From the NCBI RefSeq assembly GCF_056712565.1, contig NZ_CM160072.1: DNA of 64,000 nucleotides; one strand, given 5' to 3'. Below are positions 61,954 through 64,000 of the stretch, piece after piece. The translations under genes were made by a program, and so were the position numbers. The stretch's first letter is position 1, and every line of letters starts with the position of its first letter. The notes beneath the pieces are model-generated. The model ran no database searches. It was not told the DNA's origin and saw nothing but the letters and a program-made list of their open reading frames with translations.

Positions 61954-62854
61954 CAGAGCCTCCGGTCACGACGCGGTATTCGGTACAGAAAGACGCCTGC
62001 GTACTGTTGAGCACGATGTCGGCCAGCGGTGCAGTCAGTTCGACACGCTGCACGCCTTCCACATGCAAAGCGGCATAAATGGCAGACAGACGGATGTCGC
62101 GCCCCAGCCGGTGCTGTGCCGTGATATACGCTTCCAGTTTTTTTACTGCGGCCGCGCGGATGGGTTCGCTTTCGGGACCAGGGTAAAGGTAAAGCGTGGC
62201 GTTTATCTGGTATTCAACGATGGCGGCAGACTGCACGGTCACGCGGTCAGCCACCGGCCTGACATCCTCGCCATTAAGGGCGTTACGTACCACCGCCAGC
62301 AGGTCTTCGGATGCCACACCGTTATTCTCACGTGACAGCACAGAGATGGTGACGCAGGCCGGAGACGGACTGGTGACAGAGATATCCGCGACACGCCCGT
62401 CGGCACTGCGGCCATGATACTGATAGGCACCCACCGACCCGGCGACGCTTAAGCCTTCAAACGCCTGCTGAATACGCAGCCGGTAATCGGTGTCAGACTC
62501 CATCACTGCCGGTGTCGGCGGGATAGTCGAATCATCTGCCGGGGTGATAATCAGGCGCGTGGTGTTGTAATTGGCACCAATCACATCAAGGTCATTACCG
62601 GCAGCACAGGCCAGCATCACCGCCCGTGCGGCCTCATTCACACGCTGACGCCAGATAAGTTCACGATAAGCATTTTCCTCCAGCAGTTTGACGAGAGGCT
62701 CGGATTCCAGCGTCAGGGTACGGGCGACCGCCTCCTGCTGGTCTTCCGGGTAAAGGGAAATCAGTGTCGCCTTGCGTTCGGCAAGAATGGTTTCAAAGTC
62801 CAGCTCCTCGACCACATCCGGTGCGGGTAGCTGGTTCAGGTCGATAATCGGCAT
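61946..62854 (-). CDS. J: Baseplate wedge protein gpJ
   Basis: 302 aa starting MPIIDLNQLPAPDVVEELDFETILAERK. Confidence 0.88.
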   Translation of the reverse strand: MPIIDLNQLPAPDVVEELDFETILAERKATLISLYPEDQQEAVARTLTLESEPLVKLLEENAYRELIWRQRVNEAARAVMLACAAGNDLDVIGANYNTTRLIITPADDSTIPPTPAVMESDTDYRLRIQQAFEGLSVAGSVGAYQYHGRSADGRVADISVTSPSPACVTISVLSRENNGVASEDLLAVVRNALNGEDVRPVADRVTVQSAAIVEYQINATLYLYPGPESEPIRAAAVKKLEAYITAQHRLGRDIRLSAIYAALHVEGVQRVELTAPLADIVLNSTQASFCTEYRVVTGGSDE

Positions 62855-62858
62855 GGTT

Positions 62859-63206
62859 TCAACTCACAGGGATGGTTAACGAAAGTGGCTGGCCGGTGTC
62901 GTTGTGCTGACCGGTTAACGTGACCGTCATTCGCCCGTCAAAACTGCGCTCAGTGGTGACGGATGACAGGGTGACGCGGGGTTCCCATTTCAGCACCGCC
63001 ATGTAACAGGCGACCTTAATCTGCAACTCAAGCGCCGGAGTCTGCGGCTGGTCAATCATTGACGCCAGCAACGAGCCGTAATCACGACGCATCACCCGCG
63101 AGCCGACCGGTGTGCGCAGGATATCGCCGATACTCTGGCTGATATGCTCAAGGTCAGTGACAGTCAGGCCATCACTGCGATTCATTCCGAGATAACGCGC
63201 AGTCAT
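62859..63206 (-). CDS. W: Baseplate protein gpW (GPW/gp25 family)
   Basis: 115 aa. The segment ISQSIGDILRTPVGSRVMRRDYGS is typical of gp25-like lysozyme-fold proteins. Confidence 0.88.
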   Translation of the reverse strand: MTARYLGMNRSDGLTVTDLEHISQSIGDILRTPVGSRVMRRDYGSLLASMIDQPQTPALELQIKVACYMAVLKWEPRVTLSSVTTERSFDGRMTVTLTGQHNDTGQPLSLTIPVS

Positions 63207-63838
63207 AGAGGTCCTCCGGTTGTGCCGCCGCTGTCGCCGGGGTGTTTATGGGTATGCAGTACCTTACCGTTTGATGAGAGTTCACCGCCGGTGTGTTCAA
63301 TGTTGCCGCGCATCGTCCCGCCCTTCTGCACTTCCAGCGTGCCGGTAATCAGCCTGTTGGTGCAGACCACCTCCGGTGTGTCCAGGGTGACGCGGGTTGA
63401 TGCTTTCACCATGACCACCGGCACCGTGGCAGTAACAGAATCAGAAGCCGTCACGCTGGCCGTTTTAATTCCGCTTGCCGTGAGCGCACTGGTTTCGGGT
63501 TCATACTCAATCACCGCCCCGTCAGGGAAACGGATGTACAGGGCATCCGCCGACGCAGACGGCGCGGGGTTATCACCGGAATAAATCCCCGGCAGAACGA
63601 ACGCCGTGTCGAGTTCACCGCCCACGGCCAGAATCAGCACCTGTTCCCCCTCGGAAGGTGCCCACCACGTGCGCGAACGTCCGGCGCGATGGGTCAGCCA
63701 CTGAAGCCAGTCGGTGCACATGCCGCCGGTCTGCACACGGCAGCGACCGGCGTTAAGGTCGGTTTCGACGATAATGCCGGTGCGGATCATGTTGCGCAGT
63801 GCGCGCGCGAGTTCCTGAATATTTGCGAGAGTGTTCAT
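63203..63838 (-). CDS. V: Baseplate spike gpV
   Basis: 211 aa. The C-terminal HTHKHPGDSGGTTGGPL apex motif is typical of P2 gpV. Confidence 0.88.
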   Translation of the reverse strand: MNTLANIQELARALRNMIRTGIIVETDLNAGRCRVQTGGMCTDWLQWLTHRAGRSRTWWAPSEGEQVLILAVGGELDTAFVLPGIYSGDNPAPSASADALYIRFPDGAVIEYEPETSALTASGIKTASVTASDSVTATVPVVMVKASTRVTLDTPEVVCTNRLITGTLEVQKGGTMRGNIEHTGGELSSNGKVLHTHKHPGDSGGTTGGPL

Positions 63839-63904
63839 AACGGGAAGGATGCCGTCGGGTCATACCGGCGGCAATGTGACGATGAGGTGTCGGGAATGGC
63901 ACAA

Positions 63905-64000
63905 CTAACGGTCGAGGTGAGCCAGGATAATCTCTTCAATCATCTGCACATCCTCACCGGTAAAGCCGAGCAGAGGACGCGCCGGATAATCAATTTTCTT
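63905..64000 (-). CDS. S: 3' end of the tail completion gene (gpS position); the 5' part lies outside the window
   Basis: Hand translation gives ...KKIDYPARPLLGFTGEDVQMIEEIILAHLDR*, with the frame open to the window edge. Assigned by P2 synteny only. Confidence 0.5.
   Translation of the reverse strand, partial: KKIDYPARPLLGFTGEDVQMIEEIILAHLDR

Larger units (their letters stand above)
47425..64000 (-). mobile_element. P2-like prophage, ogr-proximal (late/tail) half; continues beyond the right window edge
   Basis: Collinear P2 gene order ogr-D-U-T-E/E'-FII-FI-[cargo]-G-H-I-J-W-V-S, with P2-like lengths (72, 387, 159, 815, 91/142, 172 aa and so on). Confidence 0.92.

Overview
This is an Escherichia coli chromosomal segment corresponding to the K-12 wca to yegQ region. 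All family and gene calls are made by eye and from memory; no searches or statistics were run.

Core backbone, left to right:
- The colanic-acid (wca) cluster on the minus strand: wcaI (cut by the window edge), gmm, fcl, gmd, wcaF, wcaE, wcaD, wcaC, wcaB, wcaA, wzc, wzb, wza. An ops/JUMPstart element sits in the wza leader.
- yegH, asmA-dcd-udk, dgcE (yegE), alkA, yegD.
- The yegL-yegK-yegI vWA / PP2C / Ser-Thr-kinase operon.
- Two tandem ibs/sib type I toxin-antitoxin units.
- mdtABCD-baeSR with a BaeR box, then yegP, yegQ and the sRNA cyaR.
- From about 47.4 kb to the window end, the late/tail half of a P2-like prophage: ogr, D, U, T, E/E+E', FII, FI, G, H, I, J, W, V and part of S.

Accessory DNA relative to K-12 as I remember it:
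1. A HigB/HigA-like TA pair between yegH and asmA.
2. An AT-rich four-gene operon of unknown function between yegP and yegQ: PcfJ-like, TM + DUF1266-like, DUF4034/Sel1-like, and an exported protein.
3. A roughly 3.7 kb cargo segment in the P2 G/FI (Z/fun) variable locus. It carries a small tyrosine recombinase, a 3-TM protein and a 280-codon gene split by IS2. It is bounded by 19-bp dyad-symmetric direct repeats whose mismatch pattern looks like attL/attR hybrids.

Items 2 and 3 are the best candidates for an undescribed system.
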